Of a stretch of 64,000 nucleotides of DNA, positions 30,080 through 39,532 are shown piece by piece. A program made the position numbers and the translations under genes. The DNA comes from a candidate division WS6 bacterium OLB20. Lineage in GTDB: Bacteria > Patescibacteriota > Dojkabacteria > B142 > OLB20. The stretch lies in the NCBI GenBank assembly GCA_001567355.1, contig JYNZ01000003.1:6655-70654 (forward strand). Reading direction: 5' to 3'. Position 1 is the first letter of the stretch, and the number at the start of each line of letters is the position of its first letter. The notes under the pieces were generated by a model, which searched no databases, was not told where the DNA came from, and worked only from the letters and a program-made list of their open reading frames with translations.

Positions 30080-31210
30080 CTCTCACAGGCGGGCATCTGA
30101 CGCCTGCTCTTGCAGTAGCTGAGGAGCTTGCAAAACAGAATGTCAGGGTAATCTGGTTCGGGGTAAAGCATTCCCAGACAGCAGACAGCCGCTTCAGCGC
30201 GGAATACGAGGCTGTGACAGCAAGGGGAATTACTTTTATCCCGTTTACAGCCGGTAAGCTGTGGCGAAAATGGACCGCAGCAACGTTTTTTTAAAGGTCT
30301 AAAGAATCTGTTACTTATCCCTGTCGGCTTTGTCTTTGCGGTCTATCTTATGCTGCGCCACAGACCCGATACACTGCTTTCTTTTGGAGGATACACAGCA
30401 CTGCCGCTGGTCGTGGCAGCACGGCTCACCGGGATCAGGACAGCGACTCATGAGCAGACGACTGTCATTGGCCTTGCCAACCGCATCATCGGAAAACTTT
30501 CTCACAGGGTCTACCTCTCATGGCCGCAGTCTGCAGCATTCTCTGATCCAGCCAAAACTCTTGTTACCGGGAATCCGGTCCGCGAGGAGGTACGTTCGAC
30601 TCATACTGACGTATTTAAGCTGCAGGACTCTGCCCCTGTTATATACATCACCGGGGGCAATCAGGGGGCAAACACCATCAACTGGCGGCTGCGGGACACA
30701 ATTGCCGAAATTCTGGCTGTTGCCCAGGTGATTCATCAGACAGGCTCATCAGAACTGACAAAAGATTATGAACGTGCACTGCAGGTCCGCGAACAGCTTC
30801 CGGATCATCTGCAAAAGCGGTATATCATCAGGGACAGAATCTTCGGTAAGGAGATAGGGGAGGCGTTTGCCAAAGCAGATCTGGTCGTGAGCAGAGCAGG
30901 GGCAAATACAATCACAGAATTGCTGCTGCTTGGTAAACCGGCACTGCTGATCCCAATTCCATGGAGTTCTCACAATGAACAGCAGAAGAATGCTGAACTG
31001 GTTGCAGAAACCGGTCTGGCAACTATACTCACACAGTATGACGCCATGCCTCCGCAGGAACTGAGGGATGCGATCCTGACAGCACTTGGGACAGTTGAGC
31101 AGGGGAAGGCGTTTAACGGCAGCTCACTGGCAGAAGCGCAGACTCAGGCCTCAGCCCTTGTAAAGGCAGACGCTGCAGCAGTAATAACAGCTGATCTCCT
31201 GTTACTCTGA
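30061..31210 (+). CDS. murG: Undecaprenyldiphospho-muramoylpentapeptide beta-N-acetylglucosaminyltransferase, with a frameshift in a T7 run at 30286-30292
   Basis: The N-terminal ALTGGHLTPALAV and C-terminal GANTITELL...IPWSSHNEQQKNA halves are in different frames. Confidence 0.85.
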
Positions 31211-32095
31211 GGCTGACTTTACGATCTCTCTGGTTGCTTTTCCGTATTCTTCACTTGCCATCATGTAACGCACCTGCGCCTCAAAGTACCGGGCAGGGTC
31301 CCCGGTTGTATACCAGGTGCCATCCTCGATCTGTTTGTAGCGATAGTTCATACGCTCAGCAAGTCTGTCGTTGGCGTCTGTCAGCCAGACCTCGTTGTCT
31401 TTTCCGGTTGCATCCGGTTTCAGATGCTCAAAAATCTCAAACGGAATGATAAACCTTCCGTACTGGGCAAAGTTGGTCTTTGCATCCTTGGGATCAGGTT
31501 TTTCGATAATCCGGCGGATCTGTCCGCTTGTCTCGTCCTGCGAGCCCTCAACGGGATCAACAATGCCGTACCGGTCGAGTTCCTTGTCCGGCACGTACTG
31601 CACGCCCATCACAGCGTCGGCTCCGGACTGCTCGTAATACTCCTTGAGTTGCGACAAAGCGCTCCTGGTTTTAGTCAGCACGAGGTCATCAGCAAACAGG
31701 GCCGCAAACGGCTCGCCTTCTGTGAGCAGATGCCGTGCAGAAATAACTGGTGACCCGTTACCGTACGGAAGGTCAGGATCCTGATCAATGATTGTGATGT
31801 TGCCCATATTCAGCACCCGGAGCACATCTTCAAAACGTTCTGACTTACCCTGATCTGCAAGCAGCTTTTCCATATGAGGCACCTGCTCGTAAAAATAGTT
31901 GCGGATAACCTCGTTACCCTTTCGTACAACTATGATAATTTCCTCCAGGCCCGCGTCCACACATTCCTCGACAACATACTGGATAATCGGCTTATTAATA
32001 ATCGGAAGCATCTCCTTGGGAGTGCTCTTTACAACCGGCAGAAAACGGGATCCAAAGCCCGCTGCGGTAATAACTGCTTTTTTCACCTGTCTCAT
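31202..32095 (-). CDS. galU: UTP--glucose-1-phosphate uridylyltransferase
   Basis: KAVITAAGFGSRFLPVVKSTPKEMLPIINKPIIQY. Confidence 0.85.
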   Translation of the reverse strand: MRQVKKAVITAAGFGSRFLPVVKSTPKEMLPIINKPIIQYVVEECVDAGLEEIIIVVRKGNEVIRNYFYEQVPHMEKLLADQGKSERFEDVLRVLNMGNITIIDQDPDLPYGNGSPVISARHLLTEGEPFAALFADDLVLTKTRSALSQLKEYYEQSGADAVMGVQYVPDKELDRYGIVDPVEGSQDETSGQIRRIIEKPDPKDAKTNFAQYGRFIIPFEIFEHLKPDATGKDNEVWLTDANDRLAERMNYRYKQIEDGTWYTTGDPARYFEAQVRYMMASEEYGKATREIVKSASE

Positions 32096-32359
32096 CGTTA
32101 TAAACGCTCTTTAACTAATGCCTGAAGTCTACCCCAGACAGCTGATAAGAGCAACTATGCAGGTTTTTGCTCCTGTTTGATCTGTGCTATACTGGAACGT
32201 ATGTTTCTGAAGTTGCTGATCACATGCGTGACAGCTTAAACTATTAGAAAGGGTCGCTGGCAGTGCCTGCGGCATCCCAGGATAAGTACGAAAGTACGGG
32301 CAACAACAACACTTCTCAGCTCCCACCCGGGAGTATTTTTCCGCATATTTATCACACTG

Positions 32360-32935
32360 GTGGCCATTACGGGTATGCTGGTTGTGTCAGTCAGTTTTCA
32401 TATCAAGACTATCGCATCAACACCGTCCACTGTTCTGCTACCTTTACCAACGCCGGAAGCGTCGTTTAATCTAGGTGCACCAAGCCCCGAGACCTATGCT
32501 GTCGCAGTAGACAAAAAGCAGGTTGAAGAAGAACGCAAGGCAGAGGAGGAGCGCAGACGTGTCGCACGCGAGAACACAATCAATAATCTTGTTAACTATC
32601 TACGCAGAAACGGCTCTCCGATTGCTACCTATGATTATGCGGCACAGATTGTAGATCTGTCTGCTGCAAACGGGGCTGACTACAAAGTCGTCGTTGCCAT
32701 TATGGGAGTGGAGTCCGGATTCTGCCGTGCCTCTTTCTGGCACAACTGTTTCGGTTATCTCAACGGTGTAAAATATAGCTCATATACCAGCGCACTCAAC
32801 GATCTTGTCCCCAAAGTCTCACGTCAGTATGCGGCCCGCTACGGCTGGAACTTTGAGGCTCTTGCCAAGGCATACGGCCAGCATGAGTGGGAGCGTACAT
32901 CTGCCAACATGAGGTGGTTTGCGAGCAGAATCTGA
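32360..32935 (+). CDS. Hypothetical TM-anchored protein (GTG start)
   Basis: 191-aa ORF with an N-terminal hydrophobic segment. Confidence 0.35.
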   Translation: MAITGMLVVSVSFHIKTIASTPSTVLLPLPTPEASFNLGAPSPETYAVAVDKKQVEEERKAEEERRRVARENTINNLVNYLRRNGSPIATYDYAAQIVDLSAANGADYKVVVAIMGVESGFCRASFWHNCFGYLNGVKYSSYTSALNDLVPKVSRQYAARYGWNFEALAKAYGQHEWERTSANMRWFASRI

Positions 32936-33148
32936 CACGCTGCACCTTCGGCATGCTGGCGAGCGCTGGTGCATCAGGTTGTTAGTATTGATCCATCGTG
33001 GATGACTTTGAACAGTTTGACGAGATTGAATCATGCCTCAGCTGCATTGTAAGTGCCGCCTTCTGGATTCTTGTAATCAAACTGCTGTTCTAACTCCATG
33101 ATAGGCCCCGGTGACTACTGAATCAGACACCACTGCGTCTTTACAGAT

Positions 33149-34139
33149 TTGCCATGCCGGGTTATAGTCTATGTTGCATATTACTTTACTGCTGTGCTTC
33201 TGTTAGATCTCCTATTACTGTTTTTGTTTCTGGCTATCCTGATCAAGTCTGCTGATGTATTGCAGGATGCTTTTGTGACAATTGCACACAAACTCCGTCT
33301 GAATCTGTTTCTGATCGGATTTGCAGTCCTCAGTTTTGCGTCATCGCTGCCAGAGATATCTGTAGCTGCAAGCGCATCGTTAGATAATGTTCCCGGACTG
33401 TCGATCGGTAATCTTCTCGGGGCAACAATTGTTCTGCTTACACTGGTAATCGGGTTAAACGCAATCAGGCACCGTGAACTGCCATTCAAGGGCGGGTATT
33501 CGTTCGGCTTTCTTACCATGTCTATGGCAGTAATCGGTACAATGGTTCTTACGCTTGCTGATCAGCATCTGAGCAGACTTGATGGCATTGTGCTGATTTC
33601 ACTCTATGTTTTTTCAACATTTCTGATTGTCCAGAGAGTCAGCAGGAAAAAGGAGCGTAAAAGCAGAAAGAAGATTCATCCATTCAAGCTGCTGCTGTCA
33701 GCGGTCATTGGGACAGCCGGACTGATCATTGCCTCTCAGCTGCTGGTTGATAAAGCTGTTGTTATTGCCAGCCAGCTTGGGGTGCCAAATGCTCTGATTG
33801 GACTTGGAATGCTTGGTCTGGGAACAAATCTGCCCGAAATTACCATGCTGGTCCGGAGCAACAGCGCAGAAAAGGAAAAAACTTGCAGTCGGCAACTTTA
33901 TCGGGAGCGCGTCAATGAACGTGCCGACGATGGGTTTGCTGGCAATCCTTAATCCGCACACGATTAACAGCTTTACAGCCCTGGTTCCGGCGATGATCAC
34001 AATTGCAATAACCCTGCTTGTGTTTTTGCGGTTTGCATATACCGGTCAGGCCATTACGCGCAAAGAAGGGTATGCACTGGTGGCAATCTATGTCATCTGG
34101 CTGACGGCGGAGATGTTTGTTTCGGTGTATCAGTACTAG
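33149..34139 (+). CDS. CaCA family Na+/Ca2+ antiporter, split by a frameshift at the A6 run 33876-33881
   Basis: Both alpha-repeat motifs (GNLLGATIV..., GNFIGSASMNV) lie in two overlapping ORFs. Confidence 0.75.
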
Positions 34140-34170
34140 GTCAGCAAGACCGACAACAAAGCGGGGGGGG

Positions 34171-34260
34171 GTAATTCCCAGTAGTGGTAAAATTACCGCA
34201 CAAGGGAATATGCGGAGCATGACGTTTTTATTCCCCGTAATTCCCCGTAGTGTAAAATAC
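34171..34260 (+). CRISPR. Mini CRISPR-like array: degenerate partial repeat (34171-34196), 27-nt spacer (34197-34223), full 37-nt repeat (34224-34260)
   Basis: The full repeat is GTTTTTATTCCCCGTAATTCCCCGTAGTGTAAAATAC. The partial repeat is GTAATTCCCAGTAGTGGTAAAATTAC and contains an extended -10 (TGGTAAAAT). Nucleotides 1-22 of the full repeat can pair with the 5' end of the small RNA at 38757-38857. Confidence 0.45.
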
Positions 34261-34272
34261 CACATCCGAAAA

Positions 34273-34292
34273 CCCTCCAGAGGAGGGTTTTT
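34273..34292. terminator. Palindromic, apparently bidirectional terminator shared by cas2 (minus) and the mini-array transcript (plus)
   Basis: ccctcc-agag-gaggg is flanked by A-runs on one side and T-runs on the other. Confidence 0.65.
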
Positions 34293-34314
34293 ACGTGTTC
34301 TCGAGCTGGATAAA

Positions 34315-34639
34315 TCAGAACATCAACACCTGTCCCGTTGGTACTTTTAACTCCTGCAATGTTTTTGTACCTACCAGTATCTTCATGTTTTCAAACTGAC
34401 GCTCGGTCACAACCATCGCTCGTACCGAGCCATCATCGGGCAGATTAGACTCGAGTCGCTGCATATGCTTTTTTTACGCCATCGAGTCCGTTACACAGTC
34501 TGCAATATACAGAGAACTGAAGCATGTCATACCCGTCTTTTTCGAGGAACTTGTGAAACCGGCTGTATGCACGTCTGGCATCTTTATCGGATACTGGCAG
34601 GTCAAACAGCACGAGGATTCTCATAAACTTGTTATGCAT
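34315..34639 (-). CDS. cas2: CRISPR-associated endoribonuclease Cas2, with a frameshift in a 7-nt homopolymer at 34469-34475
   Basis: MRILVLFDLP...LQFSVY in the annotated frame. After the run, the -1 frame continues LPDDGSVRAMVVTERQFENMKILVG to a stop at about 34315. Confidence 0.75.
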
Positions 34640-35537
34640 AAGTATGTTGCTTTTGTGCCACAATAACCGGCAGCTTCAGGCTTCCGGGGCTGTTATTTTC
34701 GACTGCTGTTACCAGAGATTTCACCATTTCTTCAATTGCATTTTGCGTACTCATGCGCTTATCGTCCTGCGTTACCTGAATACCAAGTGATCTGACCAAA
34801 GAGGCTTTTACCGCCGGATTTAATGTTTCATCTAGCTCCGGATGAGATGCTACAACAAGATCGACAACCGGCCGGAATGGTTCGATCAGGTCGTCTGCAA
34901 GGTTAAAATTGTTGTACTCATTTTTATGATGGATACCGATACTTGGAATAAAACCATATGCAGCAAGCGAGCGGGCAATTGCGCCCCTGATGACAGCGTA
35001 ACCGTAGTTTAATGCTGCATTGGTTGTATCGTCTGCAAACCTGGCAAACCCTTCAGGAAACAACCTCTGAAAGTAAAAGCGAGCAGCATAGGACTCAAGG
35101 TTACCTGCATCTCCCGACTTTACCCTGGCTGCAGTCATCATCAGCTGGTCGGCACCACTGGAGCCAAGGAGTTTTAATACACGAGCCTGATTACGGATCT
35201 TTTCGCGGACCAACAGCTGCCATAGTCGCTTTTTAAAGACTGCCTTCATCGCGAGTTGCTGCTGCATCCTTTTACGCTGACGGACATGACTCTGAAAAGG
35301 GAGGGCAATACCATGCGGCAGATGCTGGTCATTGCAGAAGTAGACTGCAACATCATTGTGCATACACTCGCTCATAAATGGAGCACTGAGGGTTACCTGA
35401 GGATGCTCGATGATAACTGTTGCGATATCCTCCAGAGGCACAGCAACGTCGTTACCATCAGCGTACGAAAGTATCATGTTACCTGCGCGTGTGTGCAGGT
35501 GGGTGGGATTGGTTATGTAGACGGTGCGGTACGCCAC
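34632..35537 (-). CDS. cas1: CRISPR-associated endonuclease Cas1 (type II)
   Basis: Co-linear similarity to Neisseria Cas1 (VPLEDIATVIIE..., ALNYGYAVIRGAIARSL, NLADDLIEPFRPVVD). Confidence 0.9.
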   Translation of the reverse strand: MAYRTVYITNPTHLHTRAGNMILSYADGNDVAVPLEDIATVIIEHPQVTLSAPFMSECMHNDVAVYFCNDQHLPHGIALPFQSHVRQRKRMQQQLAMKAVFKKRLWQLLVREKIRNQARVLKLLGSSGADQLMMTAARVKSGDAGNLESYAARFYFQRLFPEGFARFADDTTNAALNYGYAVIRGAIARSLAAYGFIPSIGIHHKNEYNNFNLADDLIEPFRPVVDLVVASHPELDETLNPAVKASLVRSLGIQVTQDDKRMSTQNAIEEMVKSLVTAVENNSPGSLKLPVIVAQKQHTYA

Positions 35538-38500
35538 GGGACTTTCCTCTCTTTCTCTCTGGAAAGCGCGTACTTCCTCCCAAGGGGATCAATGTAATAT
35601 TTAGTTACTTTCATCGACTTTATTCCAATACTTCTTTTACTCCACGAGTTATCATGTCCTCGGACTTCAACTGAGGCTGTTGCTCTGTCTGCTTTTACAT
35701 AGTACCCCTCAATAATTTTATCTTTTCCAGTAAGGCAGACGTAATCATCAGGATAGATGGACAACACGAATGTATCTTCCCGCATTTCTGGCCATTCCAA
35801 GTAATCAGCACCGGATTTACTCGCTTTTCGTGGCAACAAGTTACCTGCAAGTTCTCCTATATAAATTGGCACAAAGTAAGTTCCCTTATCCTCGAAGATA
35901 TCTATCCTTATCATATTATCCTGTGCAGCGACTCCATCATTCTTCAGTTGTACAAAACTGCTCGCAGGTCCATCAATAATCTTCACCCGTTTAACTTCAT
36001 TCTGCTGTCTGCCTTCTCTAGCTGGTTTAAGTACAGGCTCTTTAAATGCGGCTTCTGCATCCCACATAAATGCCTCGAGCCTGTCTTTTAACACCTTTAC
36101 CAGCTGAGGGTCATCGCCATAGATGAGATTCTGGTCGAAGTGTTTCTGTTCAAGTTTAGTTATCGGAATACGCTTGACCATCACTTTTCCTCGCTCTGCA
36201 TCTTTTACAGACATGACTGTCTCTTTGTGCAGAGCACCTGTCAGTTTGCGCTCCGCCTTCCGTGACACAAGTATCGGCCGGATCTGATCCAGAATGTCTT
36301 TGTATCTGTCATGCAACTCTGCGTAACTCTGCAGATCATTATGGAGTGTGGAGTCAGCAAAAACTCTAATTGCAAGATCTTTTGCAAAATACGGCCACGG
36401 CTCAGGGAAGTAGTCTTTAGCTTTCTGCGTATGCTCCTCCTGTTTCTTGAAAAATTCTGTTATACGTTGTTGCATTGAACTATCTGCGATAGCAACAATC
36501 ACAGCATCAAGCGCGTGATGTCTGTTTGATTCATCACGGTTTTTCAAATGGTTTACTCCCAGGTACCTACGCAGCATTGCTGTAACCCGTCCCTGAAAAG
36601 CAAAAATCCTTCTCTTAAATGGAGCTGGCTTAAATTCCAGGTGCTGCTCAAGAAACGACCGCAAGTAGCGCGAAATGTAACGGGTGTCGTTCATATCACG
36701 CTCCATAAAAGTCTTGATGTCTCGCTTGTCAAAATCCGTTGTCATTAAACGTTCTTTTTTATAAAGCGGCATATTTGACGTTTGCCACCAGGTCATTAGC
36801 TTTTTCCATAACTCTTCGTTTGTCCCAAGATACTCGTATACAGTCTTGCTGCCTTTATTCTGGTTCTGAGAACTGAGAACAAGCACCTTATTAAAGTATG
36901 AATCATCAAGACTCCTGCTGTAGGGAAGTATGTGATCAATTTCTGTATAAGTGTCATCACTGAAGAGCTTATCTGCCGGTATTGGCATTAATGAGTAAGC
37001 ACAATGATAGGCCTGCTCCGTCCAAAGTTTGTACTTTAAGATATCTTTGCCCTTTGGATCAGACAGGCCGAATTCGTTTTTTAATAGTCTAACTATCCTT
37101 TCATTCTCCTGCCTGTTATCTGCCTGCTGCTTTTCTATAGCACGGCGTTCTTCATGCGTTTTTGACACATCCCGTGCAAACTCGATATGTACCTTGAGAG
37201 GGGAGCCATACTCTTTGATAATGGCATTTACAACAACTCTGGTTTGAGCAAGTGCACGGATTACATTGAAATTTGTAAGGTTGTCAGTATCAATAGGGGG
37301 TAGGTATTTTTGTTGCAGACCGTTTTTTATCCTGATCTCTTCAGGAATTGCCTTAGTAACCGCATCGGAGTAAACCATCCCACTCTTTAATTCCGGGACT
37401 ATTAAATTGAGGGCCTTTTTGGACAGATGTAGAAACCCTTTCAGTTCCGCTATTGCTGATAGTTCCTTAAGCGCGTCATCCTTTATATCAGGGAACAGAC
37501 GTGTGAGTTCTGAGATAATAGCGTCCTCATCCTTATTGAATACCAGCACCTCGACAAGTGAGTCAGCTAGCTCAGTATCTTGATTGATTCTCTCAAGAAG
37601 TACGGGGTCAGTCTTTTTCAATGCCTTTTGAATTGCAGCGACTCCTTTCAGATTAACGAAGAATCCCTGTTTTTCTGAGTCATCTGCGACCTGTTCCCAA
37701 GTCACATTTTTATCTGCTTTCTTTGGTTTTCGGTAGTTAACATTTTTAAACGAAGTATCGTAGGGGAGTGAAAGAATTTTACGGATTCTATTGTGTTTAA
37801 CTGCTCCCTTTTGCAGTGCCTCTGCGACTATTAGCTCACGCTGGTGATCTGACAGCATGACATCCTCATATGACCCTTTCTGTCGCAATCTTAGATTATT
37901 AAGGTTAGAGTAGAGAATGAACAGTTCTGCAGTTCGAGTATTCTTTGCAAGCCGTGGTTCTTCGGCAAAGAACTCGCAGTTACCGATCTTTTCTTCAAGC
38001 GCTGATCGGTTCAGGAATGGTCGCTGAAAAAACATTTCGCCGAGTAGCCGTTCCTGTATATCCTCTGTCAGTCTTTCGTTTCCCAGCTCGCGCTGTCTCT
38101 TAAGTATCAGCCTTGCTTCGTCCTCAAGCATTTCTCGAGCAGTTACACCGATATACGATCCGGAGGAATTGCGTTTACGTTCTTTATACTTATCATCAAG
38201 AAGAAGCATCTCACCAACGGTTCTGTACCCTTTCTGTTTCATCAGGTTTCGGTTCTCAGCAACTGCTTCCAGTACCTTGCCTTCTTCTTTCTCGATTTCA
38301 CTTCTTCGATTAGATTTATACCCCCTGCGTTTAGCAATATGAAGGAGTGCCCGTGCAAGTTCGATACCAGACAACTTCCTTTCCAATGCTTCGAACCGAA
38401 GCTGATATGGGGTTAGATCCTTATTCGACAGCTGTGAGACCAAATCGTAGTACTCAGACCTGGAGGGAATAAGTCCTGAATTCTCAAGAATAGCTAGTGT

Positions 38501-38743
38501 GTGATTTAATCGTTGCCTGCGCCTGTTGAGCCTTCTTCTTGTGGATCTTGCTTCACGACGTTTTTAAGTTTGGCGATGCACCCGTCTTGGGGTCGCCAAC
38601 TTTATTCCAAACCCTCACGCCAAGGTCGTAAATCCGTTTAGGGGTAGTTCTGCCGAGTTTCTCATCTACATCCACCTCCATAACGCTCCACCCAGTGATG
38701 CTACCCCGATATCCAGTCCCAGTATGTAGTTAATATCTTTCAC
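35513..38743 (-). CDS. cas9: Type II-C Cas9 (about 1076 aa, GTG start) with two compensating frameshifts near its 5' end
   Basis: RuvC-I INYILGLDIGVAS, bridge helix ALLHIAKRRGY, HNH DHILPYSRSLDDSYFNKVLV and RuvC-III HHALDAVIVA are all present, with close similarity to NmeCas9. Residues GWSVMEVDVDEKLGRTTPKRIYDLGVRVWNKVGDPKTG are encoded in the -1 frame between a CCC run (38691-38693) and a T5 run (38561-38565). Confidence 0.9.
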
Positions 38744-38756
38744 GAATTCAATTCAT

Positions 38757-38857
38757 AAAAAAGTTGCCCGCAAGCCTGCACAAGCGTGCAGGCTCCGGGC
38801 AAGGGTTACGTAACTCCCAAGCGGGAGCTACTTATTTCTATAACCCGTAATTCCCTG
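38757..38857 (-). ncRNA. Candidate tracrRNA (or cas9 5'-leader RNA): promoter, anti-repeat-like 5' end, nexus-like hairpin, terminator
   Basis: An extended -10 TTGATATAAT (38863-38872, minus strand) precedes 5'-(A)GGGAAUUACGGGUUAUAGAAAUAAG. Then a CUCCC-GCUU-GGGAG hairpin, a 9-bp GC hairpin (AGCCUGCAC/GUGCAGGCU) nested in GCCCG/CGGGC, and U6 (38757-38762). The cas9 GTG start is 14 nt downstream. Confidence 0.5.
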
Positions 38858-38862
38858 GCTGG

Positions 38863-38872
38863 ATTATATCAA
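38863..38872 (-). promoter_or_regulatory. Extended -10 promoter (TGnTATAAT) driving the candidate tracrRNA and the cas9 leader
   Basis: The minus strand reads TTGATATAAT, an exact TGnTATAAT match. Confidence 0.5.
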
Positions 38873-39532
38873 AGCTAATCATATATAGTCTACCCGTGAT
38901 TATTCAGAGGGTCGTAGGATGTAAGATTGTATTTATCTGCAGTTCTATATATTCAAGAATGCTGAGGCTGTTTAGAGCTATGGTTATGCCTCGGGCACAA
39001 GACAGCCCGATGCTGCTCTCCAGGATTTTACACCTTTAGCGTTCTCACCATCAGATCGCAGACTCTGATACCCCGAATCCGGGATCCGACCTCAGGTTCA
39101 GATCTCATCTACAGACGCTAAAGTTCAATACTGGCAGAACGACTGTGCAAGTGGGCTCTACTACTGCTTTGAACAAACATACCCTCTCTGAGCGCAGGGT
39201 TCCCCGATGAGACTCTCCAGTGAGCTTATCCGTGAATTAGCCACCAGAATGTTTTATAACGATGTTCGCAATTTAATCAGTGTTTGTTGATTCTGATTCA
39301 TATTCCAATTCGTCTTGCGAGACTTGTCTAAACGCTGCATTTCGCGGCTATGGTCATTGCTCAAACAAAGCTATAGAGTCTCCTTGCACTGCAAGGGATA
39401 CACAACTAATCCAAGGTAAGATCTGTAGGTAAGGTGTGTCCCTGACGTCCGACCTTACTCGCTGTTTCGGTCTTTCTTTCCTTTTCTAACCCCCCTCATT
39501 TGTTTTAAGATAAGAACATCACACAAACAGAC

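Noticed and set aside
34197-34223. A self-targeting protospacer for the mini-array spacer within this window
   Set aside because: I could not find the spacer or its reverse complement elsewhere in the 64 kb by eye. This needs a computational search.
38873-39532. A CRISPR array upstream of cas9
   Set aside because: I scanned the region by eye for 25-40 nt direct repeats at a 55-75 nt period on both strands and found none.
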